A DNA stretch of 64,000 nt, taken from assembly GCA_043228905.1 (NCBI GenBank), contig JBHGNT010000020.1, forward strand, positions 4,154,001 to 4,218,000. Direction: 5' to 3'. This DNA is from Azolla caroliniana (Eukaryota; Plantae; Polypodiophyta). Below are positions 1-11,475 of this stretch, one piece after another. The position numbers and the translations under genes are program-made. Positions within the stretch are counted from its first letter, which is position 1; each line of letters opens with the position of its first letter. A model generated the notes under the pieces. It did no database searches and was not told where the DNA came from. It was given only the letters and a program-made list of their open reading frames with translations.

Positions 1-1099
1 CCGCAAGTTGTAGAGGTGCCGGATCAGAAACATCTTTGTTGCGGCGACCTTCTTTTCGTAAGTGTCCGACAGTGTTTTCCACAGTTCGAATGCTGTCGTA
101 CACGATTGCACCGTAAAGTATACCGATTCCGATAGGTGCATCCGAATCGTGGCGCGGACGATTCTGTCCAGCTTCTGCCACTCAATTGGTTTGTATCCTT
201 CTGGAGGTTCTTCATTTTCGATGGGATCGATTTGCCCCTTGACTATGAGATAGTCCTGCATTTGTCCCTTCCAGAAGTTGAAGTTCGATCCATCGAACTT
301 TCGTAGACTCATTTCTGACGAGCCGGATGTTGATGCCATCAAATTTGGTTTCGGTTGACGAAGCTCGGTTCGGAGTTGACTACGAGCCTTGTTGGAGTGC
401 AGCCGGTTGGCTCACCCGATATCGCTCTAGTCGGATTTGAACCCGAGTCGGTTCGGCTTCGGAACTTGCTCGAATTGACTCCGGTAGCTTGAGGGACAGA
501 ACCGACTGGTCTTCCCGAATGTTGCCGAGTCGGAGTAAGCCCAGTTCGCTTCGGATATATATGCCGAATACCGATTATTGAAACCGATTATCTGGACCGA
601 TTCTGCTTCGGTTGACTGCAGCAACGAGAGAGACGGATCCAACTGATCCTCCCGAATGTCGATCAGCCAGATGAAGCACGAATTTGGGGTTGTTGTCTTG
701 AGACCGATCTGCACCGAGTGGTTACAATGAGCGGCGTTTGATTACCTCTTCGGATGCCGTTTAACCGGGTGGAGCACGATCGTGTCAATGTTGCACAAGG
801 GGATTTCACCTCGAGCGGTTACGATCACAAGAGACAGAGTACAACCTGCTGGCTTACTCCAAGCGAAGATGATCTAACGCGATGAGATGCAAGCCTCGTT
901 TCTCTTCTTCTTCTCTCTTCTTCGAATGACGCAGGAAACCGAATGCTGTGCAGACTGAGACGACGGCCGACAGCAGATTGAAGGACCGACTACTGTGCAG
1001 GCTCTGATACCAGATGTTGGAGACGAGGTCGTCAATGCGGAAGATCAAGAAGCATTCGATTGGTGTTCAGTACCTGCGTATGACAGTTTCTAGGTCGTT

Positions 1100-1135
<36 letters not shown>

Positions 1136-1303
1136 AAAAGAACTTTCTATTCCACAAAGCAATAATACAACACCCAACCTTACAAAAAGGTTACAAGGTC
1201 ACTATATATAGTGACCGACTTAGGGCAACTACCCTTTATGCTAATTACACAAATGGCCCAAAGGGATAGTGTGAACACGTCCATTATACACTTGTATTCG
1301 ACA
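1..1303 (-). mobile_element. Ty1/Copia LTR retrotransposon, 5' part (5' LTR 1015-1303, tRNA-iMet PBS 1001-1012, gag N-terminus 339..1 running off the window)
   Basis: Minus-strand frame from ATG at 339 reads MASTSGSSEMSLRKFDGSNFNFWKGQMQDYL...RATIRMHL (Copia gag). PBS TGGTATCAGAGC on the minus strand. LTR has TG...CA termini and is homologous to the LTRs at 37666 and 60407. It interrupts the Gypsy-type gag at 1304. Confidence 0.9.
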
Positions 1304-2351
1304 CCTACCCATTCCATGAAGTCCCGTTTCGAGAGCCGAAGCACGTCATCAAGCCCGTATTTTTCGAGGAGCCGACCTTCAAACTCTTCCCAGGTCTGGC
1401 TCTCAGCCCGTACCTCGAGCACCTATGCATGGATGCCCGGATTCGCCACCCGAGAGAATCTGGTCAGTCGCCTTTCTTCCGGAATGTCTCTCATTACCAT
1501 CTCGGCCCGGTAGGCCTCCAAATAGCTCGTGGCGTCTTTCCCACCGAACCGGCCTATCGTGCCGACGACCGCTTCAATAGCCCTATCGAGGGCGCCTGCG
1601 CCTTCACGCGCACTCACTATCCGATCCACAACCGAAGCCATGGCTTCCACAAGGTCCAACCCCTTCATCTTTCTATTCCTTTGCCGCCTGTTCACGTCGG
1701 GTTCACCAAATATGTCGTGTTGTTACGCGCGTGCGTGGAGAACGAGGCAGGACCACCGAGGTCTTGGACAGAGAAATAGCCGAGAAGGAGGAGAACGGAA
1801 AGGCAACGGACGCACTTGCACACACACAGACACGGGAGCACACATGAATCACAGTCCAACAACACAGCAAACGAGACGACTAGAAGTCCGAGTATATGAA
1901 CACGTATGTATATATATATATATATATATATCGAGACGGTTACAACTAACAGGCCGGCAAGGCGAGCACCGACGTCTGTTCACTCACACAGAGAAGAGCG
2001 AGATGGAGACTCTGCCGGAAGCACACGGGCGTTCCACGAAGCGGAGTCAGCCTCCTGAAAACCTGCGCGCAACGGCTATGGAGAGTGATAGAGGAGAAGG
2101 GCTTAGTCCCAGTCCGGCAGCACTTCGTCCTCTCTAACGCGCGATCCCTTTTCCATTCCTCTCCCTCTCTTTTATAGCCCAAGGAGGGAGGCCGTTATCA
2201 TCCATTACATCACATTAAATATCTCCCTATTGAATGCGTGCTACCTAGGATTTCACCTCAGCCGACTTGTACCCACCTACTTACTATACAACGAAAAGTG
2301 TGCTCCTGTGTAAGGGCCGGTTTCCGCCTAGGGACGGTTTTCTTCACGACA
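1304..2351 (-). mobile_element. Gypsy-type LTR retrotransposon 5' end (5' LTR 1713-2351, tRNA-Trp PBS 1691-1708, decayed gag N-terminus 1304-1670)
   Basis: LTR bounded by the inverted repeat TGTCGTG...CACGACA. Plus strand 1691-1708 TTCACGTCGGGTTCACCA matches the 3' end (+CCA) of plant tRNA-Trp as I recall it. Gag-like RFGGKDATSYLEAY...TWEEFEGRLLEKY carries an internal stop. Confidence 0.8.
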
Positions 2352-3464
2352 ACGTTACCTAACCTCAAGTCTCGTAATTACGATGGTATACACCAAAATG
2401 CAACCTAATGGTCAAGCCAAATGAGCCCTCTTTTTGTAGTAGGCCCACATGGCCCATCACATGGTTACGTCATTACGAATGCCTTTCGTAAGAATGGTCT
2501 CATGGTGGCATCGTATCCATGTAATGAGGGAGGGATGTTGGATATGTGTGCCATAAGAGCGACCTCACATCAAGTGGGTCAAGCCCCACGTTCTCAACAC
2601 CATTGTGGCTAAGATTGTTTCATTACGTAACAAAATCAAAGTCACCAGTGGGGATGTCAACAATAAAAATTTGTTGAAAAAGGGATGGTGACAACGCCAT
2701 TCTCACAAAAATGTGAGGACGGCCACCAAGATCCTTTCCCCGAAAAGGAAAACATTCAATATTGAAATCGCGTAATAACTTATATACACATATGTATATA
2801 TATTATCACATATATACGATCAAATACGTATACGTGTGACCACATATGCATATATAAAAGAAATCGTAATATAAAATAGCCAAAAATGATGTAATCGAGA
2901 TATGTAATCGAGGCATAGACCCTCTATGCACACGAAACATCTAAAAATAAGGGTTAATCGTAATATGCAATTGAGGTATTGACCTCATACGCATACGACA
3001 CCAAACGCATATCATTTACATAGAAATCAAGGTAATGACCTCATACGCAAACGTAACATATGTTTGCCTCAATTAACGTCGTACGCATACGACACTAATC
3101 ACATATTAAATATATGTCAAATGAGGGATTGACCTCGTGCACATATGTAAACATTTTATATAACCAATTAATTACGACTACAACATCATTGAATTAATGA
3201 AAAAAAAATTACATATGACCATATACATGATTAGAAGGGAGAAGAAAAAATAGAAAAAGAAACAAGAAAGATTACCGAAGTTCCTTTGTTGATCGTTGTC
3301 TGGACCAAGGCCGACCGCACATCAATCGATCACCATCAATCAAGAAGACAAAAGACAACAAAAGAAACATTAGAACATGAGCTCTGATACCAACTATTGG
3401 AGATATGATCTAATGTAAGCATATGATAAGGAGAAAAGAATGATAGATAGATAGATAGATAGAA

Positions 3465-3500
<36 letters not shown>

Positions 3501-3878
3501 AGGGTGTCGATCCACCCCACCACCCCCAAGCGAAGGGATTGAGACGGACTCGAGCCTCAATCGGCATCCCATACCACCGTTGTGGCGTCGAGTTGTACCT
3601 GGTGCTGGCGCGCTCGCTACAAGAGTTGAACCACCACGAAACAGAGTCTCAACGTAGTCAAAAGATGATGAAATGAAGGTAGTTAGGCCTCTTATTTATA
3701 GCGATACCCAAGGCCCCCAGGCAAGTTCACACTTGGCCTAATGGGTTGTCTCAATCCTGAGGATTAAAAGTAATCATCCCCTTCTTTACACTCTCGTTTA
3801 ACCCTCACACTTATCCACGTGTATAGAATACTATGGTAAATTCTCACCACAGGATATTATATGGTCATGCCCATAACA
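2352..3878 (-). mobile_element. 5' LTR (~3395-3878), iMet PBS (3381-3392) and leader of a Gypsy chromovirus of the same family as the element at 24393
   Basis: LTR is near-identical to 24393-24856. PBS TGGTATCAGAGC is adjacent on the minus strand. The leader is truncated by the Trp-primed LTR at 2351. Confidence 0.8.
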
Positions 3879-4935
3879 CACTTACTCTGACATTCAGACA
3901 TGCCCCGTGCAACTCTTCCGTGGCCTTCGTAGCCGTGTGTATCTTCCACCCATGCTTGGTGTTGATCGGCCATTTCCCCTTCTTGTAGAAGTCCTTGCTA
4001 TGCCTAGCACTTCTCTCAGTGTGAGTTCTATGAGACTATTGAGGACTCGCTCCTCGAGGACCTTTCACAGATCCATTGTTTTCTCAATTTCCGAGCTTAA
4101 CCGGAAGCTCGGGACCTTGGCCTTCTCTTCAACGGGTTCGCTCCGGGTGTCATACCTCCCCGAAGGGCCCGCTCCTCCGTTTTTTCCGGCCCGCTTATCG
4201 TCGACCAGAACCTCGTAGTTCTGGCACGTGGTTTCCACAAAGCTGGTACTTTCCTCAACCAGGTCGCCCCATCCAGTGACATCGCACACTTGTTTTTCCG
4301 CGCGGTCAACTTCTTCCTTCTTCAGCCTCCTTTCGGAGAAGGTTTCTAGTACCACCGGCCAAAACCCGGGGCTTGTATCGGCGTTAACCGCCTCTCCACC
4401 TACGTGAATGCCGGCCAAGGCCGAGTAGTGGATGGCCTCGACGTGCCGCGTCGCGGCTTCCTCCATCAACCTCTTCATGTCGCCTCGTTCGGGGTTTACT
4501 TCGAGCATTCTCCGTGCGTCACTTGCGTGCACCCTGCCATTCCAAAGGTACACCACATTGCTCCTGAGTGCTTTGCCGAAGTCGGCACAATCTCTCCGGG
4601 CATGGCCGAGGGCATCACACCATATGCACCTTTGGTTGCCTGGCAGCCACCGGTCACGGGACTGGCCTTCGTAACCCCTTCGGGCCTGAGCGATCTGGAG
4701 ATCACGCATCATTTTTGTCAGCTCTTATAGAGCCGCACCCCCGGACGGTCCCGCGACTACGTTAGTCGGGGCCGGGCCTGACTCGAGCCACCTTCTCGTT
4801 TCTTCTATTCGGGTTAGTGCCGGCTTGGCCCTCGTTTCGACAGTCGGACCCCCGTTCCAGAGATTGGTCATAGAGGTCCCGCAGAGAATGGATGAGCGAG
4901 CTCCCTCTCCCTGTTCGGCAGCGTCCTCTCTTCTT
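3879..4935 (-). mobile_element. Gypsy-type gag C-terminal fragment with CCHC zinc knuckle (decayed)
   Basis: ORF 4065-4712 contains CIWCDALGHARRDC. It is flanked by stops and by other LTRs. Confidence 0.7.
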
Positions 4936-5032
4936 AAGAAAGAAGGGGGAAAAAAAACCCCTAGCACCGGTCAGAGGCCCCCCCTTTTATAACACAAGGA
5001 GCAGTCGTTACACCCAGTTTAATGACCCCGAC

Positions 5033-5440
5033 TGTCAGAACCAAGAGAGAAGGTAAAGTGATAGAAGAAAGATATAAAGAGATCACAAGAAGAGGAATGA
5101 AATGATAAGAGAACAATGAATGTATTAAAGTAGAATAAGAATGGATACAAGATAGGCGATGAGAGCTTAAGACTGGTGTTGATTCGAATTGGTTTTGAGA
5201 AGAATTGTATGTCCATATTTATAGGTTCCTATAGAACATTTACAATATCAGTCTATTACAAGAAGTAGCTTTTATTATTTCATATAATCATATGCTATCG
5301 TAATGGTTAGGTTCTTGATTATGTATCACAAGGTCTTTGGTTCAAGCCTAAGTGAAGCCACATAATGTTCACGAATTCATGACACTATCTCTCCTCTTAA
5401 AACGACAAGTGGAAGGAGTTGTTAACAATGTAGGGCCAGG
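5033..5440 (-). mobile_element. 3' LTR (5033-5384) with PPT and chromodomain tail of a Tcn1-like chromovirus
   Basis: TG...CA termini; homologous (reverse complement) to LTR 36531-36977. Polypurine tract at 5385-5398 and PNKPGP-like coding tail adjacent. Confidence 0.8.
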
Positions 5441-8045
5441 TTTGTTGGAAGACCAATGTCGCCCCCAGAATACCAATCACCGCGATTACTGACGGAAGCC
5501 CCCAAATACACAACAACATCAGTACCAACAATGGCCTCGTGACGAACCTACGCCACCACTTGAGCCCGTGGCTCAACCAACCACAGAAAAAGGGGAGTCT
5601 AGTGTGCATTGTTTTATATGCCAATAGCCAGGCTACTACGCGACCCAGTGTCCACAACACGATAAGGGCAAGGGACCGACGGTGAATACTATTACGACAG
5701 AAATACAATAGGTGACCACCCGCAGCCAGTCCAAGGCGGTCAAGTGGGAAGTGCAAGATAACATAAGAAAAGCTACAAAGACCTAGGTAGACAAAGCCAA
5801 CGAGGCCAACGTTGATCGCATGCGCCAAGACGCGGCAGTCGGGGCAACATCATCCCATACGGAGGACGCTACGAGGGGGGAGGATCCGGTATGGATGATC
5901 CTCGCAAACTGCCAGATCACTCTGACAGTGACAAGCTGTTAAATTTGGTTCCTCGATTTTGGCAAGCCATGGAGACCCATATGCGTCATGTAGACCGAGT
6001 CACGATTCCTACCCATTTTGCCGAATCTATTACAAGGCCAGCCGTGGTGGACCACCATAATCCGGCCATCAAGGTTATCCTACAAGGGGAAGAAATCTCG
6101 GGGTGCATAGTCGATGGAGGTTTGGGAGTGAATGTCATTAGCAAGGCCACTTGCACCCGCCTCGGCATTATAGAGTGGAAAGTGTGCCCATTCTAGCTCC
6201 GCATAGTGGATACACGATCCGTCCGACCACTGGGGCTACTCCGAAAGTGAAAAATCATGATAGGAGGACATACATTCGAGATATCGGTCGTCGTATGGGC
6301 CCTAGATGCTCCTGGTGAGTACACCCTCCTATTAGGCCGCCCATGGCTACGTTCCGCAAACATCAAGCAGAATTGGCAACACGATAACATCAGTTTTCGA
6401 CAAGGTCGAGCCAAGGTTCGAGTGTCGATGTAGGAAAGCACCTCGTCCACCAAAGCTATTACTCCACTTTACGCGGAAGAAGTCCACGTGCTCGAAGGGT
6501 TAGACGAGGAGGAGCTGGAAACTTATCTGAAGGAGAACCCTCGAATTGTGCCATTGTTAGAGATTGATGTCATCGAGACGACCGGAGCATACGCCACACA
6601 TGTGGTAGCCAAAGAAGAGGACTGCAAACCCGATACACAGGCTCTTATGGAACTCCGTAGGGCATAGGATGCATTCGATCGAGAAGTGGAAATCTCTCAA
6701 CGCGTCACGGCATCGGCTTTAGAAGAAATCAATGTCGGGACTGCCGATGCGCCACGACCTCTCTCGATAGCGAAGGACCTACCTCCTTCAGAAAAGGTGT
6801 TAGGAGACAGGTCCCTCCGGATGGTGCAGACCCGGTGAGAACCGGATGTAGAGTACCCGGCTACGGAAGACCCGGTGAGAACTGGATGAAGAGTACCCAG
6901 CTACGGAAGGCCCGGTGAGAACCGGATGATGCAGGCCCGGTGAGGCTCACCGGATGAAGGGACATATTCGTAAATATGTCTTCTGAGAGTCCATCGGGGC
7001 TATATTTGTAAATAGACGAAAAGTCATGTTAGTATAAATATGACTTAGGGCAAACAGAGAATAGTGATGATGTTGTCATTCTTGTTGGTGCAAGACTTGA
7101 GAGCATGTAACAGTGTATAGAGAGAGAGAGAGAGAGAGAGGAAGAGGTCGTTGCCTCTGTTGTAACCGCCGCTTGTGGCGAAGATCGTGAGCACGAGGTC
7201 GTTGCCTCCGTGAGCTCACTATTGTACATTCTGATATAGTGATAGTTTTGCAGTCTGTGGGCTGCCGTGGTTTTTCCCTAGTTTGGGTTTTCCACGCTAA
7301 CATCCTGTGTACTCCTCTCTCCATTGTGTTGTGCTTTCATTTCCCTTTTTTTTTTCTGTGTATGATTCTAAGCTCAGTTGTGGCCGAGCGTTGCACATAG
7401 GGAGCGTGCAGTTCCTGTCAAAAGGCAACCATGATCGACCTGCTGCACGAAAATAAAGATGTGTTTGCATGGTCGCATGAGGATATGAAGGGATTGGACC
7501 CCAAGTTCTATCAGCATCAAATTAACCTGGCGACGGATGCAAAACCCATCTAGCAAAGGGGTTACCGCATGAACCCGAACTACACGGCATGCGTAAAAGA
7601 AGAAATCGATAAGCTCTTGAAAATCGGGTTCATCAGACCAGTCAAGCAGGCATTGTGGTTGAGTCCGATCATCATCATACCCAAAAAGAATGGGAAATTT
7701 CGCATCTGCGTCGACTATCAGAAACTCGACGCGGTAACAATTACAGATGTGTTTCCCCTTCCTTTCACAGAAGGCGTACTCAACACCATAGCAGGGCACG
7801 AAATGTATAGTTTATTAGATGGGTTCAACGACTATAATAAGATCCACATACATCCAGACAATTAGGAAAAACCGCTTTCGTGATGGATTGGGGCATATTC
7901 GTAGTAGTAGTGATGATGTTCGGGCTTAAAATAGCGTCATCAACATTTCAACGCATCATCACAGAAATCTTCAGCGAATACATACCTGCCTTCATGGAGT
8001 TCTTCCTCAATGACTTCGCAGTTTACGGCTGGGAGTAGAGCATCT
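5441..8045 (+). mobile_element. Decayed non-chromovirus Gypsy gag-pol fragment (zinc knuckle, protease, RT N-half)
   Basis: Knuckle CFICQ*PGYYATQC (~5610); protease CIVDGGLGVNVIS...LLGRPWL; RT DVFAWSHEDMKGLDP...WLSPIIIIPKKNGKFRICVDY...DGFNDYNKI. Multiple stops. Interrupted by solo LTR 6798-7420. Confidence 0.85.
6798..7420 (+). mobile_element. Solo LTR (probably Copia type), 5-bp TSD AAAGG
   Basis: TGTTAGG...CTGTCA flanked by AAAGG on both sides; removal rejoins the host pol. U3 has ~39-bp tandem repeats. The U5 motif CCGTGGTTTTTCCC..GGGTTTTCCACG is shared with the Copia LTR at 30219. Paralogous to 50522-51213. Confidence 0.9.
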
Positions 8046-9282
8046 GACCATCGGGTGCATTGCTCCTTTGTCGAGAATGATTTTCTTCAACCAACAGTAT
8101 CGATTGAAGGTCGAAAAAGGAGGGAGGATTCTCTCTTGCAAGAATGGCCGATCTTATCGTGCCAAATTGTGGTGCTAAGCCGTCGAGGCATATTTGCTCT
8201 GTTGTAGGCTTTAGGGTTAGGGTTAACATTTATGATAATCATGATGATTGATGATAAAGATAGACATGGTGGGTGTGATGACGATGGAGAGTATGATGGT
8301 GAGAGAGATCATGAAGAGGTTGAGAATCATTGAGAAGCGGGGTGGGGGGTGGTGCCTAGAATGGCTCCACCCCCCTCCCAAGGGGGTTCAACATTAAGGG
8401 GGGGGGGGGGGAGAGAGAGAGAGAGAGAAATGGTTATTGTTGTATTCATTCATTCCCCATAAGGGGTTAAATAGGTACAAAACGGAAGATACACAAGGGT
8501 GCAAGCCCCTTGGGCATTCACACCTACTTACTCACTCACACCTCTTTGTATCCATCACACTCACACTCACATTCACACTCATAATCGTATAAGATTACAC
8601 ATACATATCAACACATTACATCTTTCACCCTCACTTATCAATCACCCGTACATCTCGTACGGTAACATGCTCCATTTCATCATCGTAGATGATGACGTTG
8701 ATTGATCCGAGGGCATCGCACAACTCCTTGATATTCAAGGTATGGCTGGTGATTGACATGTCCCTCTGTTGTATATTATTCAACTCTTGTTGGAGTTGGA
8801 GCTTACGTGCAGTCGTGTTGGCTACAAAAATCTTCTTGAGATTGCCCCAAGCTTCTTTTGGCGTTTTTGCCTCTCGACTGTAGTTGAGCATGTGATCATG
8901 AACGCATGATGCAAGGCAATACAATAGACGGCTTACACTTGCTCCTATGTTGGGTAGTCGGCGTTTGTTGGGTTGGGTTACGTTTCATGAGCTCCCTCGA
9001 TAGAACTCCAATATCCTTGACTGACAAGGTATTGATGCATCTTGTATTCCCAAGATGCGAAGTTTGTCTTGTCAAGCTTCTTTGTAGGAAAGAGCGCTTC
9101 CCATCTGAGTGTTCATAGAGTTGATTTCTTCTCTATTGTTGAACTAGTTCTGTTGATTGTCAATATAGGACACAACACAGTTGAATAAGCTTGATCAGAA
9201 AACCACACGCTCTAATACCATGTTAAGAAATGGAAAGCGTAGGTGATATTGTGCAACGGAGGTGAACTATGTGAGAGAGTAT

Positions 9283-9313
<31 letters not shown>

Positions 9314-9502
9314 AGAGCTTAGAACAAGAAGCTATATTAGAGAAAAATATGATTATATCCAACAGTGACTAAGTAACAAAAGGTTGGTTTAAATACCATC
9401 TAGTCTAGGGCAACTACCCTTTCTACTACTTACAAAACTAGCCTAGTATGTCCATTGGCTAGCGTGAAAGTCATTTGGGGAAGTTGAGTTCGATTCTCAA
9501 CA
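8046..9502 (-). mobile_element. Ty1/Copia 5' fragment: gag (start ~9116), iMet PBS 9209-9220, 5' LTR ~9221-9502
   Basis: KLDKTNFASWEYKMHQYL...KTPKEAWGNLKKIF...QICLDGLAPQFGTIRSAI. PBS TGGTATTAGAGC. The right end of the LTR is approximate. Confidence 0.8.
8200..8667. mobile_element. Solo LTR, 5-bp TSD TGCTC, nested in the Copia gag
   Basis: TGTTG...TAACA flanked by TGCTC at 8195-8199 and 8668-8672; removal rejoins gag DDEME|QICLDGL. Confidence 0.85.
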
Positions 9503-10434
9503 TATTCCTATTTACTAAAATAGGGATATAGGCCCCTAACGGCATGTCGACTCCTAGCCAATCCGGTTGTCCGCTTCTTCAACCGATCCTTTAGCCAGTC
9601 TGGCTTCATGTTGAGCTTGTCTCTCAACAGTCTTGACCCAAGCGAGATGGTTTGTTGTTGAAGAGTTGTGGGAGATGTTAGTTATGATGATAACCCTTCA
9701 AGTTGGACTCCTTAAACCTATTAGCGGGTTAGTGTGAATGCACACCAAACATGAGTAGAGTGTTTATGTATGTGTGTAATTTAATATAAAATTGGGGTTA
9801 ATATGTTTAGTACATTGTATGTTAGAGTAGGTACATGTGTTTATAAATTAGGACTGATTTTGTTTCCAATCAAGTTTGGATAATAAGATTATATGCTTTT
9901 CTTATGGGTTTGTTAACATTGTTCTTCCAAAACCAAACATTGTCTTACAATCAAATGGGAACATACCACATGAGTGTTTAACCTAGGATAAGCAAAACAA
10001 AGAAATGGTAATTAGAAAGGTTGACAATAGACACTAAACTTGTTATAGAATAGTAACAAAAATCAATGTTAGTGAACATCTCAAGTGACCGCAACAATCT
10101 ATCTGTCATCTTTCAGAACATTTTAGCCGTGATCTATGTAGCTCAAGTTGATCCGATGCCTTACCCTCACCTTCCATTCGGCAATATGTACCTTATGTGC
10201 CTGTCGCCCATAAGGCCAGATAGAATGGATGCTTTTTCTCGTGATTCATGCAAGGGTGTTGATGTAGTCTCCTCCTGCTCTAGGGGCGCAAGCACAGAGC
10301 CATTCGTGTTTCTTGCGACAACCAATGAGAGCATGCCACCACATCATCACAGGGTTTCCTCGGCTCTGTGAAGGCTGGAGTGAAAGCGTGTGACAAAAAC
10401 GATGAGGTGAGTGTAATATGTATGTATGTATTGA

Positions 10435-10468
<34 letters not shown>

Positions 10469-11475
10469 GAGAGTGAGAGAGAGGTATGTAGATATGTATA
10501 GAAGGATCATGCCATGACTGACTGACTGAATGAATGAATAATTAACAGTCCCGAGTATTATCGATTCTGTGCAAAAAAACAACACGCGAATCTGCATCGT
10601 CTCGACTCTGCTTCTCCACTTTTGTTTTCATCGATCAAATCCTGGTATATCTATCTCCCTCTCTCTCTCCTGCCTGTGGATGGATCCATCTCCAAGAACT
10701 GTTTATGTTATGGGTTAGCTTTAACGACAGTTTTATGAATAATAATGCTAAGGTTAGGTTGTTTAGATTTCTGATTCCATCAGTGAAATTCAAATTTTGC
10801 GAGATATTAGGTTTAGGACTTTGGTTAAGGTTGTGCTTGAGTTTTCCTGCCTCCCATCGAAAAGTTTTATGAATATTACGATTAGGTTTTTTAAATATCA
10901 GGTTAGGGTTCGTATTTCCCTAGGTTTTTTCTTGAAGATGTTTATAATGATTATTAAGGAAGAAATATGGCTTTTGCATATCAGGGTTAGGGTTTGGTTT
11001 TCTGGTTTCATCAAAACAGTTTTGTTGATTCAGAAGATCGTGCTTTCCTTTACAATTTCGAAGATTAGCGACTTCTGATGTTGTATTCTTCAGTGAGCAT
11101 ATAAATGGATAAGTCAGGTATTTTCCTCTTCTTTTCGAGATTGTTTGTATTTGTTTGTGAGAGTTCACTCTTACCCATCCTGACTAAAGAAGAAAGATTT
11201 TTATTAGATGGTTTTACACTGAGTGCTTTGGTTTGTTTTTCAGTATATAAAATTGATAATAAGACATGCTCTTGTAACAAATGGTTTGCTGCATGCTGCT
11301 ATAGGTTGCTCAGGTGTTTGCTACAGGAAGATGTTTCATGGTTAATGAAGATTTGCTTTTTTTTGGGTGAATTTTAGGGCTTAGTTTTGTGCTTCCGTCA
11401 AATAGCTTTTTTCCTTCAGAACGTGATACCGCTATACACTCTTTTATCATGGTCTATTCTTTATCCAGTACATAA

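Noticed and set aside
1529-2137. 202-aa plus-strand ORF
   Set aside because: Antisense to gag and LTR, runs through a (TA)n microsatellite, and has no protein motif.
5294-5360. Functional tRNA gene
   Set aside because: A and B boxes are present, but the acceptor and T stems do not pair properly and the sequence is an integral part of an LTR. Reported as a tRNA-like cassette instead.
10066-10597. Short ORFs upstream of UBP24 as a divergent gene
   Set aside because: No recognisable domain, multiple stops, partly microsatellite-derived. A lncRNA cannot be excluded.
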